DNA of 64,000 bases, from assembly GCA_963840035.1 (NCBI GenBank), contig CAWIXE010000002.1, positions 160,001 through 224,000 on the forward strand, given 5' to 3'. Below, one piece after another: positions 20,635 through 30,311 of this stretch; position 1 is the stretch's first letter; the number at the start of each line of letters is the position of its first letter. The notes under the pieces were generated by a model. That model was given only the letters and a program-made list of their open reading frames with translations, did no database searches and was not told where the DNA came from. Origin of the DNA: a candidate division FCPU426 bacterium. GTDB taxonomy: Bacteria > Oederibacteriota > PGYV01 > Palsa-1178. The translations under genes and the position numbers were made by a program.

Positions 20635-21366
20635 ATGATTATGAAAAAATATGCGCTTGTTGTAGTTGTCTTAATGGCCTTTTCAGCCGCTTCTTACGCG
20701 GGTCCGCAGAAACTGCGCATACCGGCGCAGCAGAGCCAGTCCATGATAACATACGACTCTATTGCCATCATATGGGAATACATGGATGATGATGTGAAAA
20801 AGAAGACCCTCGGGGAATTAAAGGACAAATGGTCCAAAATGAATACTGACGACAAGGGCAGGTTTGTCGATGATATTAAGAACTGGTGGGGCGGGTTAAA
20901 ACCTTCTGAAAAAGAAAAGGCCATAAAAAAGACGAAGGAAAAATGGGACGCCCTGACCGAAAGCCAGAAGACTGTGCTTGTCAGGAACGTTAAAGACTGG
21001 TGGATGGGGCTAACCGACGACGAAAGAAAGGTCATGATAGTAAGGCTTCAGCAAAAATGGCTGACCTTCAGCGAAAGCGACAGGGAAGCGATACTCAACG
21101 GGCTTGAGATGTGGTGGGCTCAGCTTAATTACACCCAGAAGGAAAAGGCGATAGAACGCGCGAAATACTGGTGGCTCGGGTTGTCCTTTGATATTCAGGA
21201 AGGGCTTATCATGAGCGCGGACCAGAACTATAAAGCCATACCGGACTCGCAGAAGGAAAAGATAAGGACGAGGGCTACGGAATGGTGGAATAACCTAACG
21301 GTCGAGGAAAAGGAACTGATGATAACGAAGATAAAGGCGAGGCTGGATAAGATAGGAAAAAAATAA
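20635..21366 (+). CDS. Exported helical-repeat protein (19-aa KW/WW repeats)
   Basis: Signal peptide; about nine 19-aa repeats; AGGAG RBS. Confidence 0.8.
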   Translation: MIMKKYALVVVVLMAFSAASYAGPQKLRIPAQQSQSMITYDSIAIIWEYMDDDVKKKTLGELKDKWSKMNTDDKGRFVDDIKNWWGGLKPSEKEKAIKKTKEKWDALTESQKTVLVRNVKDWWMGLTDDERKVMIVRLQQKWLTFSESDREAILNGLEMWWAQLNYTQKEKAIERAKYWWLGLSFDIQEGLIMSADQNYKAIPDSQKEKIRTRATEWWNNLTVEEKELMITKIKARLDKIGKK

Positions 21367-21561
21367 TTAACAATTTACAATTAATGTGTGCTGTTGCACG
21401 GTGTATTTTAGTAATGCAAATCCAAAAAATCTTATATTCAAGCCTCAAACCCGACCGGGAGTCGTAATACCAGCCGTATTTTTTTGACAATTCTTTTAAC
21501 ATGTTCTACAATACATTATCGCGGCAAAAAACCCGACTATGGGTGCTAAAAAGGAGACTAA

Positions 21562-23097
21562 ATGAACCTACTTCAGGTTGTCAGGCAGTCAGCGGATTTA
21601 TCTCCAAATAAGGTTTTTTTGGTGCAGGAAAGAAGAAAAAGGACTTTTAAGCAGTTTTATGAAAGGGTCCAGTCGGCAGGGTCGGGTTTTTCCTCACTGG
21701 GTTTAAAGCAGGGCGATAAGGCAGCCATCCTCCTTAATAATTCAATCGAATTCATGGAAGCGTATTTTGCCGTGATATCCATAGGCGCGGTTATAGTGCC
21801 TTTAAACACTTTTTTAAAGGCTGAAGAGGTAGCGTATATCCTTAATGACTGCAGGGTAAAGGTGCTTATAACCTCATCCGAGTTTAAATCCGTAGTTGAC
21901 GGGTTAAAACCCGGACAGGTGCCGGCGCTGGATATTATAGTATCGGTCGATGAGATACCCGGTAAAACCACGGTGCAGTTTTCAACGCTGTTTTTAAACG
22001 GGGAAGCGCAGGATATACGCATGAGCCAGGATGATATCGCCGTCATTATCTATACGTCCGGAACCACGGGACACCCCAAGGGCGCCATGCTTTCGCATAA
22101 AAATATAGTGTCTGACGTGGAAAACTCCATCCATATAATAGGAATGAGCGAGAAGGATATTTTGATGGCGTTTTTGCCCATGTTCCATTCGTACAGCTTT
22201 ACCGCGAACTGCATGATATCGCTTTACTGCAGGTGCAAACTGGTGGTTATACCGTCCATACAGCCCTTTACAAGGGTTGTAAAAAACCTGATACTGCACA
22301 GGGTCTCTGTTTTCATCGCGATTCCCCAGATATACTCGATACTGGCCACAAAAAAAATGCCCTTCTGGTTCCATTTATTAAACCCCATGAGGCTGTGCAT
22401 ATCCGGAGGAGCTTCGTTACCCGTGGATTCTTTCCATAAGTTTGAAAAGTCGTTTAATAAGCCGCTGGTGGAAGGGTACGGACTCTCGGAAGCCTCGCCG
22501 ATTTGCGCGCTTAACCCGCTGTATTCAAAAAGAAAAGCCGCTTCCATAGGGCCGTCCATTAATAATGTCGAGATCAAGATAGTGGATGATAACGGCAAAG
22601 AAGTGGCGATGGGCGAGAGCGGGGAAATGATAGTAAAAGGCGATAATGTGATGAAAGGTTATTACAATAACCCCGAGGCCACGTCACAGGCAATAAAGGA
22701 CGGATGGCTTTACACCGGGGATATAGGGAAAAAAGATGAGGAAGGGTACATCTTCATTCTGGACAGGAAAAAAGACCTGATAATAGTAAACGGCATGAAT
22801 GTTTACCCCAGAGAAGTAGAGGAAATATTATACGCGCATCCGGCAATAGCTGACGCCGCCGTTGTGGGGCAGAAAGAAGCCATGCATGGCGAGATACCCG
22901 TGGCAGTTGTAGTGCTTAAGGAAGGCGCGACAGTTGATGAAAAAGAACTGCGTAAATACTGCAGGCTGCACATAGCCAACTTCAAAGTCCCGCACAGGGT
23001 GGAGTTCTGGAAGGAACTGCCGAGGAATTCCACGGGCAAGGTCGTAAAGCGGGAAATAAAAAAGATGGTGGACCAGGAGCAGAAGTTCAATAAATAA
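21562..23097 (+). CDS. Long-chain fatty-acid--CoA ligase
   Basis: YTSGTTGHPKG, EGYGLSE, GWLYTGDIG, DRKKDLII, TGKV. Confidence 0.93.
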   Translation: MNLLQVVRQSADLSPNKVFLVQERRKRTFKQFYERVQSAGSGFSSLGLKQGDKAAILLNNSIEFMEAYFAVISIGAVIVPLNTFLKAEEVAYILNDCRVKVLITSSEFKSVVDGLKPGQVPALDIIVSVDEIPGKTTVQFSTLFLNGEAQDIRMSQDDIAVIIYTSGTTGHPKGAMLSHKNIVSDVENSIHIIGMSEKDILMAFLPMFHSYSFTANCMISLYCRCKLVVIPSIQPFTRVVKNLILHRVSVFIAIPQIYSILATKKMPFWFHLLNPMRLCISGGASLPVDSFHKFEKSFNKPLVEGYGLSEASPICALNPLYSKRKAASIGPSINNVEIKIVDDNGKEVAMGESGEMIVKGDNVMKGYYNNPEATSQAIKDGWLYTGDIGKKDEEGYIFILDRKKDLIIVNGMNVYPREVEEILYAHPAIADAAVVGQKEAMHGEIPVAVVVLKEGATVDEKELRKYCRLHIANFKVPHRVEFWKELPRNSTGKVVKREIKKMVDQEQKFNK

Positions 23098-23200
23098 GGG
23101 CCCCGGAAATCCCTCTCTCATCTCCCTTTCTAAAAAAAGGGAGACGATTACTTGAGGCGGTTTGGCCGGGAGGCGGATGGGCGGTCTACTTTTTGTTATT

Positions 23201-23226
23201 GTAGAGCCGCTGCTTGCTGCGGCTCA
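23201..23226. repeat. GTAG REP variant; inverted partner at 25466-25491
   Basis: GTAGAGCCGCTGCTTGCTGCGGCTCA vs TGAGCCGCAGCAAGCGGCGGCTCTAC (1 mismatch). Confidence 0.85.
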
Positions 23227-23269
23227 GTCGCTGGATTTGTGGTTAAAATCAGAGGTATAAAGGGGAAGA

Positions 23270-23734
23270 ATGGAAGATACTGTGTCGCTTCAAAAAAGAA
23301 TTCAGGATACGCCTGTTCCTCGTAGGGTGAAAATCAGGTGGAGCGCTTTAAATGAAAGATTTTTTGCTTCTGGTATTATAGTTGTAATTTTTTTTGTATT
23401 GATTGTTTTTTCGGATATGTTCAGTAATGTTTTATTTACCCTGCCTCTTTTAATTGCTATTTTGATGCCCAATTTTTATATTGCTTATAAACAAAGGAAT
23501 TTGCTTGAATGTGGAATGCCTGTGATTGGAATGATAACCAATGAGAAGAATATCGATAGAACATATTTCTTCGCTTCATTATCGTATTATTGGAAAGACC
23601 AAAGATTCTCAAAGCAAATTTACACATCGCTTTCAGAGACGGGTGAAATTGTTGTTATGCTGGATACTTCTAAACCCAAGAAGGCATTTGCATATAGCAA
23701 GAATTTTATGTGGACCCTTGAGGACAATAAATAA
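23270..23734 (+). CDS. Hypothetical membrane protein, paralog 1 of 3
   Basis: PVPRRVKIRW, 2 TM, LLECGMPVIG, C-terminal F.W.L. Confidence 0.75.
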   Translation: MEDTVSLQKRIQDTPVPRRVKIRWSALNERFFASGIIVVIFFVLIVFSDMFSNVLFTLPLLIAILMPNFYIAYKQRNLLECGMPVIGMITNEKNIDRTYFFASLSYYWKDQRFSKQIYTSLSETGEIVVMLDTSKPKKAFAYSKNFMWTLEDNK

Positions 23735-23790
23735 GTATAAAACTATACGGGCACAGGATTAAATGAGTTCTGTGGTATTGAGTCAAATGT

Positions 23791-23814
23791 GGGCGATTCG
23801 TGAATCGCCCCTAC
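23791..23814 (+). repeat. REP 24-mer GGGCGATTCGTGAATCGCCCCTAC; identical copies at 25505, 30163, 39961, 50027
   Basis: Five exact intergenic copies, all in the same orientation, ending in CTAC (GTAG on the - strand). Confidence 0.92.
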
Positions 23815-23933
23815 GAGGAAAAACAATACAAATGCCTTCGTATAGAAGGGGTTGCCGTCTCCGCCATAGTAGCCAAATGATACGACGGCCGGGAACCACA
23901 TCTCTACGGGGGATTTGATTTTTTGGGGGGATA

Positions 23934-24401
23934 TTGGAAAACATTTCAGAAATGAAAAGAAAACTTGAAGCCATACCTGTACCGCGGAAGGTCAGGTTCA
24001 GGTGGGCGGCTTTGTTTGCCCCTCAGATGATAATGCTCAATATCATATTTGCCGCGTGTTTATTACCGCTCTTGTGGTATCGATATACCGATACGTTAGA
24101 CGCGGGAACAATATATACGGTTATAATACTCGCTTTAATTGCCGATTTTGGCCTTATGTCGGCGTTTTATGCGGCAGGGAAATTGTTAAGGACGGGCGTG
24201 CCTGTAATCGGGACGGTATTAAGCAGGCGGGGCAGGATTAATGTTTACTGGACAGTTTCCTATAAATATAAAGAGGCTGAAATGGTACGGGAATTTTACG
24301 GCTATAAAAGCGCGGAAAACGAAGTACTGCTTCTTGTTGACCCGGTAAATCCTGTGCTGGCATATATTTATACGAAGAGGTTTTATTGGGAACTGGCGTA
24401 A
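23934..24401 (+). CDS. Hypothetical membrane protein, paralog 2 of 3
   Basis: PVPRKVRFRW, 2 TM, LLRTGVPVIG, FYWEL. Confidence 0.75.
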   Translation: MENISEMKRKLEAIPVPRKVRFRWAALFAPQMIMLNIIFAACLLPLLWYRYTDTLDAGTIYTVIILALIADFGLMSAFYAAGKLLRTGVPVIGTVLSRRGRINVYWTVSYKYKEAEMVREFYGYKSAENEVLLLVDPVNPVLAYIYTKRFYWELA

Positions 24402-24523
24402 AGGGCGATTAGTCCTTCTGCAGGCCCGGGATCCGGCGAATTACCTGCGAAAATCACAAACAAATGCCTTCATAGAGATGGGGTTAACCCCATCTCTACG
24501 GGGGATTTAATACGGGGGATGGA

Positions 24524-25261
24524 ATGGACGATGTTTTAAAAATAAAAACAAATCTGGAACGCATGCCTTTGCCGCGGCGGGCCAGGTTCAGGGCAAAAGG
24601 GCTGCTTGGATGGCCGACGCTGATATTTGTTTTTGCGGTTATTTTTCTTGTTGTGGCAGGGTGGGAAGTCACGTGCAGGCAGATTACCCGGCACTTCGGC
24701 AAGTCTTCAACAGCTGTTGTGGAAGGAAAAACTGAGTGGACAACCCAAAGCAAACATGGAACGACGCATCATTACGGGGTATATATAAAATACCCGGCTC
24801 CAATGTGCAAAAACAGGAAATTTGAAAAACTGTCATATAGCCAGTACGTTTCCGTGGGGACGGGGGATGTACTGGGTATTTACTACTTTGATAAGCTTCC
24901 GGGATACCCGGCTTTAAAAAGCAGGGATGAATCCGGAATTTTTTATTTTTTGTTATCATTGCTGGCGGGTTTTCTTGTTTTAACCGTATGGTGGATACTG
25001 CGGCAGAAGTCGTTTATTGAAAACGGGATGCCGGCAGAAGGGGTTGTAATACGTGAATACGTAAACAGAAAGGGACAAAAATCCTGGGTCGTGACGTACA
25101 GCTGGAAAGAAAAGTTTTATCAAAAAGCAATTTCCTCCAAAGGTTTGGACACGGGATACGGGGCGCTGATTATCATAATGCCGGAAAAGCCGGAATCGTT
25201 TGCGGTTTATGACAGCAGTTTCTTGTGGGAATTAGATGACTGGGGCACGCCGGTGTTGTAG
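24524..25261 (+). CDS. Hypothetical membrane protein (DUF3592-like), paralog 3 of 3
   Basis: PLPRRARFR, TM-loop-TM, FIENGMPAEG, FLWEL. Confidence 0.75.
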   Translation: MDDVLKIKTNLERMPLPRRARFRAKGLLGWPTLIFVFAVIFLVVAGWEVTCRQITRHFGKSSTAVVEGKTEWTTQSKHGTTHHYGVYIKYPAPMCKNRKFEKLSYSQYVSVGTGDVLGIYYFDKLPGYPALKSRDESGIFYFLLSLLAGFLVLTVWWILRQKSFIENGMPAEGVVIREYVNRKGQKSWVVTYSWKEKFYQKAISSKGLDTGYGALIIIMPEKPESFAVYDSSFLWELDDWGTPVL

Positions 25262-25608
25262 TGATTTATTCATGGTTTTTGCGGGCTGTTGCTTGTAAAT
25301 GTCATAAGTTATATAATATGTTGAAGGCATAACGTAAACAACGGCTGTGGCTTAGAACTATAAACTGTGCAGGTGTGGTCCGGCAATCGTTTGCGCCCAT
25401 CAAATCCTTATATAGGCGCAGGCCGGTGGGGCGTAGGCCTGCGACTACGAAAACAATACCAGCCTTGAGCCGCAGCAAGCGGCGGCTCTACTAAAAACGA
25501 AGGCGGGCGATTCGTGAATCGCCCCTACGATAACAAAACCGGTTTATGTGTTATAATATTCCCATATTAAATCGAGACGCACTCAGTGCGTTTTTACAAT
25601 GGAGATAT

Positions 25609-27501
25609 ATGTTTTTACCTACTACCAAAGAAGAAATGCAAAAGCTTGGATGGGAACGGTGTGATGTTATACTTGTCACCGGGGATGCTTATATAGACAG
25701 CCCTTACGTTGGCGTGGCTGTTATCGGGCATGTTCTTATGGACGCGGGATATAAGGTGGGGATTATTGCGCAGCCTTCTTTAGCCCAAAGCCAAGAGCCC
25801 AAAGCCCAAGGAAATTCTACGTCTTCCCCTGAGCTTTGGGCTATGGGCTCTGGTATTAACGACATTTCCCGCCTTGGCGAGCCCCGCCTTTTCTGGGGTG
25901 TTTCAGGTGGTTGTGTCGACTCTATGGTTTCAAACTATACCGCGCTTAAAAAGCCGCGGCGTTCTGATGACTTTACTCCGGGCGGGGAAAACACCAAGCG
26001 GCCTGACAGGGCTGTGATTACTTACTCAAACCTTATACGGCGCTGTTTTAAGAATACGGTGCCAATCGTTTTAGGCGGCATTGAAGCTTCGCTCCGGCGC
26101 ATGGTTCACTATGATTACTGGCAGGACGGGTTGCGCAAATCAATTTTATTTGATGCCAAGGCTGACGTGCTAGTATATGGGATGGGCGAGCGGGCGGTCG
26201 TGGAGATTGCAAACGCTTTATCAGGGCGTTCGGAGGGTGGAGTTCGGAGTTCGGAGTTCAAACAGAACAGGTCGAACTTCGAACCCCGAACCCCGAACTC
26301 CGAACTGAATTCGCCGGACTTCGAACCCCGTGCTGATGTTAACAAGTTTCAGTTAATCAAAGGTATCTGTTACATCAGTAAAACCACAGTGCCCGGATAC
26401 ATAGAACTGCCGTCTTTTGATGAAGTGATTAAAGACAAAGCCAAGTTTATGGAATCATTCAAAACCTTCTACGACAACAACGACCCCGGCATTTCAAAAG
26501 GGCTCATGCAAAAGCAGGACACCCGTTACCTCATACAAAACCCTCCGCAGCCTGTGCTCACCGAAGCGGAACTCGATAAGGTTTATGAGCTTCCTTTTGA
26601 ATACGAGGCCCACCCTTATTACGCGGACATGGGGCGGATAAAGGCGCAGGATACAATAAAGTTTTCCATAAACACCCACCGCGGGTGTTTTGGCGAGTGC
26701 AACTTCTGCGCCATCACAACGCACCAGGGCAGGATAGTCACGAGCAGGAGCGCGCAATCTGTTATCCGCGAGGCTGAGCGGATTACGCATCTGCCCGGAT
26801 TCAAAGGATACATATACGACGCCGGCGGCCCCACCGCGAACATGTACCGTATGGGCTGTTCAAAGATTAAGAACGGGCACTGCAGGAACAAGCGCTGCGT
26901 CTTTCCGGAAATCTGCGATGACCTTGATTTCAGCCATAAGCCCCAGATGGTTTTGCTGGAGACTTTAAGGCGGGTAAAAGGTATCAAAAAGATATTCATC
27001 GGTTCGGGGCTGAGGTACGACATGATTACCGCGGATGAAAAGTACGGGGACGACTATATAAAAATGCTTGTTGAGCACCACATATCAGGGCAGATAAAGC
27101 TGGCGCCTGAGCACTCTGAGGCAGAGGTGCTCCGGCTCATGGGAAAGCCCGGGGTTGAGTCATTAAAGGCATTTAAGGACAGGTACTTCATTATAAATAA
27201 GGAAACAGGGAACAAACAATTTCTGACCTACTATATTATAGCGGCGCATCCCGGGTGCGAGGAAAAGGACATGCATAAGTTGAAGATGTACTTAAATGAG
27301 GAACTTCAGGCAAATCCTGAGCAGGTGCAGGTATTTACCCCTACGCCGGGGACGTGGTCCGGGGTCATGTATTATACGGAAACAGACCCTTTTACAGGGA
27401 AACATGTATTTGTTGAAAAGACGCATAAGGGCAAGGAGCGGCAAAAAGAGGTAATAACGGGGAAAACAGTGGATAATAGGAAGGGTTGGAAGGGGAAGTA
27501 A
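25609..27501 (+). CDS. ygiQ: YgiQ-family (UPF0313) radical SAM protein carrying two in-frame repeat insertions
   Basis: MFLPTTKEEM..VTGDAYID, GGIEASLRR, HRGCFGECNFC, APEH, AAHPG, PEQVQVFTPTP. Confidence 0.92.
   Translation: MFLPTTKEEMQKLGWERCDVILVTGDAYIDSPYVGVAVIGHVLMDAGYKVGIIAQPSLAQSQEPKAQGNSTSSPELWAMGSGINDISRLGEPRLFWGVSGGCVDSMVSNYTALKKPRRSDDFTPGGENTKRPDRAVITYSNLIRRCFKNTVPIVLGGIEASLRRMVHYDYWQDGLRKSILFDAKADVLVYGMGERAVVEIANALSGRSEGGVRSSEFKQNRSNFEPRTPNSELNSPDFEPRADVNKFQLIKGICYISKTTVPGYIELPSFDEVIKDKAKFMESFKTFYDNNDPGISKGLMQKQDTRYLIQNPPQPVLTEAELDKVYELPFEYEAHPYYADMGRIKAQDTIKFSINTHRGCFGECNFCAITTHQGRIVTSRSAQSVIREAERITHLPGFKGYIYDAGGPTANMYRMGCSKIKNGHCRNKRCVFPEICDDLDFSHKPQMVLLETLRRVKGIKKIFIGSGLRYDMITADEKYGDDYIKMLVEHHISGQIKLAPEHSEAEVLRLMGKPGVESLKAFKDRYFIINKETGNKQFLTYYIIAAHPGCEEKDMHKLKMYLNEELQANPEQVQVFTPTPGTWSGVMYYTETDPFTGKHVFVEKTHKGKERQKEVITGKTVDNRKGWKGK
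25781..25853. repeat. Heptamer inverted arms (AGCCCAA)n / (TTGGGCT)n inside ygiQ
   Basis: AGCCCAA AGCCAAG AGCCCAA AGCCCAA ... TGAGCT TTGGGCT ATGGGCT. Confidence 0.8.
26228..26330. repeat. Heptamer inverted arms (GTTCGGA)n / (CCGAAC.)n inside ygiQ
   Basis: GTTCGGA GTTCGGA GTTC ... GAACTTC GAACCCC GAACCCC GAACTCC GAACT. Confidence 0.85.
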
Positions 27502-27584
27502 ATTCATAGCCCAGAGCCCAAAGCTCAAGTGTAAAAAGACAATATAACGCAACCTTTTAACGGCAAAACAGTTATATATATAAG

Positions 27585-28785
27585 GTAAAAAGTGTAAGAT
27601 GAAAAACCCCACATAGAAAAAGAAAAAGTCCCAACAGAACAACTGATGGTATTATGTAAGTGCGACCAAACATAAACCAAAGGAGCTGGACTGATGGGAC
27701 AAGTAAATAGTACCACAAGAACGTATTTAAGGGAAAGCGAAAGATACAAGATTGAGGCTTTACGGCAGAAGAAATTAACAGGTCGCGAGATAGGCCGTTT
27801 GTTGGGTAGAAATCACAGGACGATAAACAGAGAGATAAAAAGAGGCACGATTGAGCTGTTGAATAGTGATTTAACAACCCGGAAGGTATATAAAGCGCAC
27901 ATAGGCCAGGAAATACATGATGAAAAGTCAAAGCACAAAGGACCAGGATTAAAGATAGGCAGCGACCACAAACTGGCTGAATACATAGAACTAACCATAA
28001 AGAAAGACCGATACTCTCCGGCCGCGGTTGCAGCAACAATCAAGAACAAAGAACAGAAATTTACTGTGACTTTAAGTGCAAAAACCATTTATAACTATAT
28101 AGGCAAAGAAGTTTTTTATGGCATAAGCAATGAGGATTTATGGATGAAACGCAAAAGGAAAAACAAGAACAAAAGAGTGCGTGTTTTCGATAAGAACAGA
28201 CTTTGCAAGAGCATAGAAGACAGACCAAAAGAGGCCAATGAAAGATCTGAATACGGTCACTGGGAAATCGATTGCGTCAAAGGAAAGCAAGGGGATAAAG
28301 AATGTTTGTTGACGTTGAGTGAAAGGAAGACAAGAAAGGAAATAATTGAGAAAATGAAGTCAGCCTCAAATGAAGAAGTCGACAGAGTTCTGACGAAGTT
28401 GGAACAGAAATACAAAGAAAATTTTAAGGATATTTTTAAGAGTATCACGGCAGATAATGGCTCGGAGTTCTTGAACTGGGAGTTTTTAGAAGCCAGCAAA
28501 GTATTTAATGGACAAAAAAGGACAAATATATATTTTGCTCACCCTTATTGTTCCTGTGAAAGAGGTACAAACGAGAACTCAAACAGGATGATAAGACGGT
28601 TTATACCCAAGGGAACCAGCATAGGCCCTATAAGCAATAAGGAAATCAAGAAAATAGAGACATGGATGAACAATTACCCCAGAAAGGTAATTGGATACGA
28701 AACTGCGACACAAATGACAAATCAAATCTTTACAAGAAAAATGCCTCAGTTGGTTGGGGTGGGGTTTTAATTGTTGCAACTTACG
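27585..28785 (+). mobile_element. IS30-family insertion sequence (copy 2) with long flanking direct repeat
   Basis: Imperfect IRs ending AAAACCCCAC / GTGGGGTTTT; GTTATATATATAAGGTA at 27571-27587 and 28786-28802. Confidence 0.85.
27694..28770 (+). CDS. IS30-family transposase
   Basis: IGRLLGRNHRTINREIKRG, GHWEIDCV, TADNGSEF, ERGTNENSNRMIRRFIPKG, NNYPRK. Confidence 0.95.
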   Translation: MGQVNSTTRTYLRESERYKIEALRQKKLTGREIGRLLGRNHRTINREIKRGTIELLNSDLTTRKVYKAHIGQEIHDEKSKHKGPGLKIGSDHKLAEYIELTIKKDRYSPAAVAATIKNKEQKFTVTLSAKTIYNYIGKEVFYGISNEDLWMKRKRKNKNKRVRVFDKNRLCKSIEDRPKEANERSEYGHWEIDCVKGKQGDKECLLTLSERKTRKEIIEKMKSASNEEVDRVLTKLEQKYKENFKDIFKSITADNGSEFLNWEFLEASKVFNGQKRTNIYFAHPYCSCERGTNENSNRMIRRFIPKGTSIGPISNKEIKKIETWMNNYPRKVIGYETATQMTNQIFTRKMPQLVGVGF

Positions 28786-28880
28786 GTTATATATATAAGG
28801 TACAAATGATATTGACATTATTTGTGGTTGTGATAAAATTTGGTATATTTGTGGTTGAACTAATCTCACGGAGGTTCATA

Positions 28881-29993
28881 ATGTACAAAAAGCTTTTCGT
28901 GGTTATGGCATGTCTGCTTTTGGCAACGGTATCATTTGCTGCGGGGATGAACGCAAAATTTGGACTTGAATTACGCGGGAACGCGCTTAACGTAAACGCT
29001 ACGGAGTTAACCACCGCATACCAGCAGTCATTTTACATGGGCTATCCTTCGCTTCTTGGCGGGGTTACTGCCCAGGATTTGACTTGTGACAGCATAGCCG
29101 GTTTTTTCGCGGGCGCTGACGCAAGCTTCCAGTATTTCGCGACCCCGAATTTCGCGATAGCATTAAGGGGCGCTTTTACGAATGTTGATGTTACCACTAA
29201 TATCACCATGGAAGGGCTTGCTGATGACGCTTTTGAATCACATGTCGGCGTGGATATGGCATACATCGGAGTCGGCGGAAGGTATTACATAGACATTGCT
29301 GGAGTAAAAGGTTTTTACCCTTACATCGGGGCGGATGTTGGAATGTTCATGCTTATGAACGGCTTTTGGGAAATATACGCTAATCCGGATGTGAATACAA
29401 AGGTGGCAGGCACTCCGATAAACAACATCGCCGGTTCTCCGGACAGGAACGATTACGCTGTCGTGGATTTTGGTAAGTCGTTCTTCGGAGCGGACATCGA
29501 AGCCGGAGCGCAGTACATGTTTACCGACACGGTCGGCATGAGCCTGGGAGTAGGATACAGGCTCGCTTCAGCGCCATTCCCCACAACAACAACAGGCAAG
29601 GTATTTGCAAATATATTTGATGAAACAACAGGAGTCGCAATGCCAAAAGAAGTTAACCTCGGCGGAATCTATGTTTCCGGCGGATTGAACTTTAATTTCG
29701 GCGGGACAGCCGGAGGCGCCGCAACAGGCGGAGCAGCGGCAAAAGGAACTGGCGCGGGAGCCAAGTATGAGGCTTACGGAGACTATTACATGAAGGCAAA
29801 GAACTACGCCGGAGCGCTTAAGTATTACGGCGGAGCCATGAAACTTGACCCGAAGAACGCCGGCATATATAAGAAGATCGGCATGTGCTATTACTACATG
29901 AAGGACATGAATAACGCGAAGAAGTACTTTGCATACTACTTAAGGCTTAACCCGAACGACGCGGCCATGAAGAAATGGCTTGGAATACCGTAG
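28881..29993 (+). CDS. Outer-membrane beta-barrel protein with C-terminal TPR domain
   Basis: GGAGG RBS; signal peptide; strands FYPYIGADVG, GAQYMF, GVGYR, GGLNFNFG; Gly/Ala linker; two TPRs. Confidence 0.8.
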   Translation: MYKKLFVVMACLLLATVSFAAGMNAKFGLELRGNALNVNATELTTAYQQSFYMGYPSLLGGVTAQDLTCDSIAGFFAGADASFQYFATPNFAIALRGAFTNVDVTTNITMEGLADDAFESHVGVDMAYIGVGGRYYIDIAGVKGFYPYIGADVGMFMLMNGFWEIYANPDVNTKVAGTPINNIAGSPDRNDYAVVDFGKSFFGADIEAGAQYMFTDTVGMSLGVGYRLASAPFPTTTTGKVFANIFDETTGVAMPKEVNLGGIYVSGGLNFNFGGTAGGAATGGAAAKGTGAGAKYEAYGDYYMKAKNYAGALKYYGGAMKLDPKNAGIYKKIGMCYYYMKDMNNAKKYFAYYLRLNPNDAAMKKWLGIP

Positions 29994-30015
29994 AATAAGG
30001 AAGTCTTGAAATATC

Positions 30016-30050
30016 AAGGCCCGGCGGTTAAACGCCGGGCCTTTTTTTTT
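30016..30050 (+). terminator. Intrinsic terminator
   Basis: AGGCCCGGCG-gttaaa-CGCCGGGCCTTTTTTTTT. Confidence 0.9.
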
Positions 30051-30054
30051 GCGT

Positions 30055-30137
30055 TTTAATCCTTATCCTTAGCCATTGGAACTTATTTTAAAGGCAGGTC
30101 TAACGGCTAAGGATAAGGGTGAGGGTAAGGGTTAAGG
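30055..30137. repeat. Short-period inverted arms (CCTTAT.. / ..TAAGGR)
   Basis: CCTTATCCTTAGCC ... GGCTAAGGATAAGGGTGAGGGTAAGGGTTAAGG. Confidence 0.65.
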
Positions 30138-30311
30138 TTGGCCGGTTGTGTAAGTCAAATGCGGGCGATTCGTGAATCGCCCCTACGAGAAAAAACAATA
30201 CAAATTCCCACGCGGAGATGGGGGGTTAACCCCATATCTATGTGGGATCATTCACCGCAACCCCGGGGATGTATTTCCGTTATATTATTAACATACATAA
30301 AAGGAGAAACC

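Noticed and set aside
21446..21546. AAACCCGACC.GGAGT motif shared with about 61338 as a regulatory RNA or operator
   Set aside because: Only two loose copies before unrelated genes, with no convincing conserved structure.
28662..28880. N-terminal extension of the barrel-TPR ORF into the IS30
   Set aside because: Chance open frame; the RBS and signal peptide support ATG 28881.
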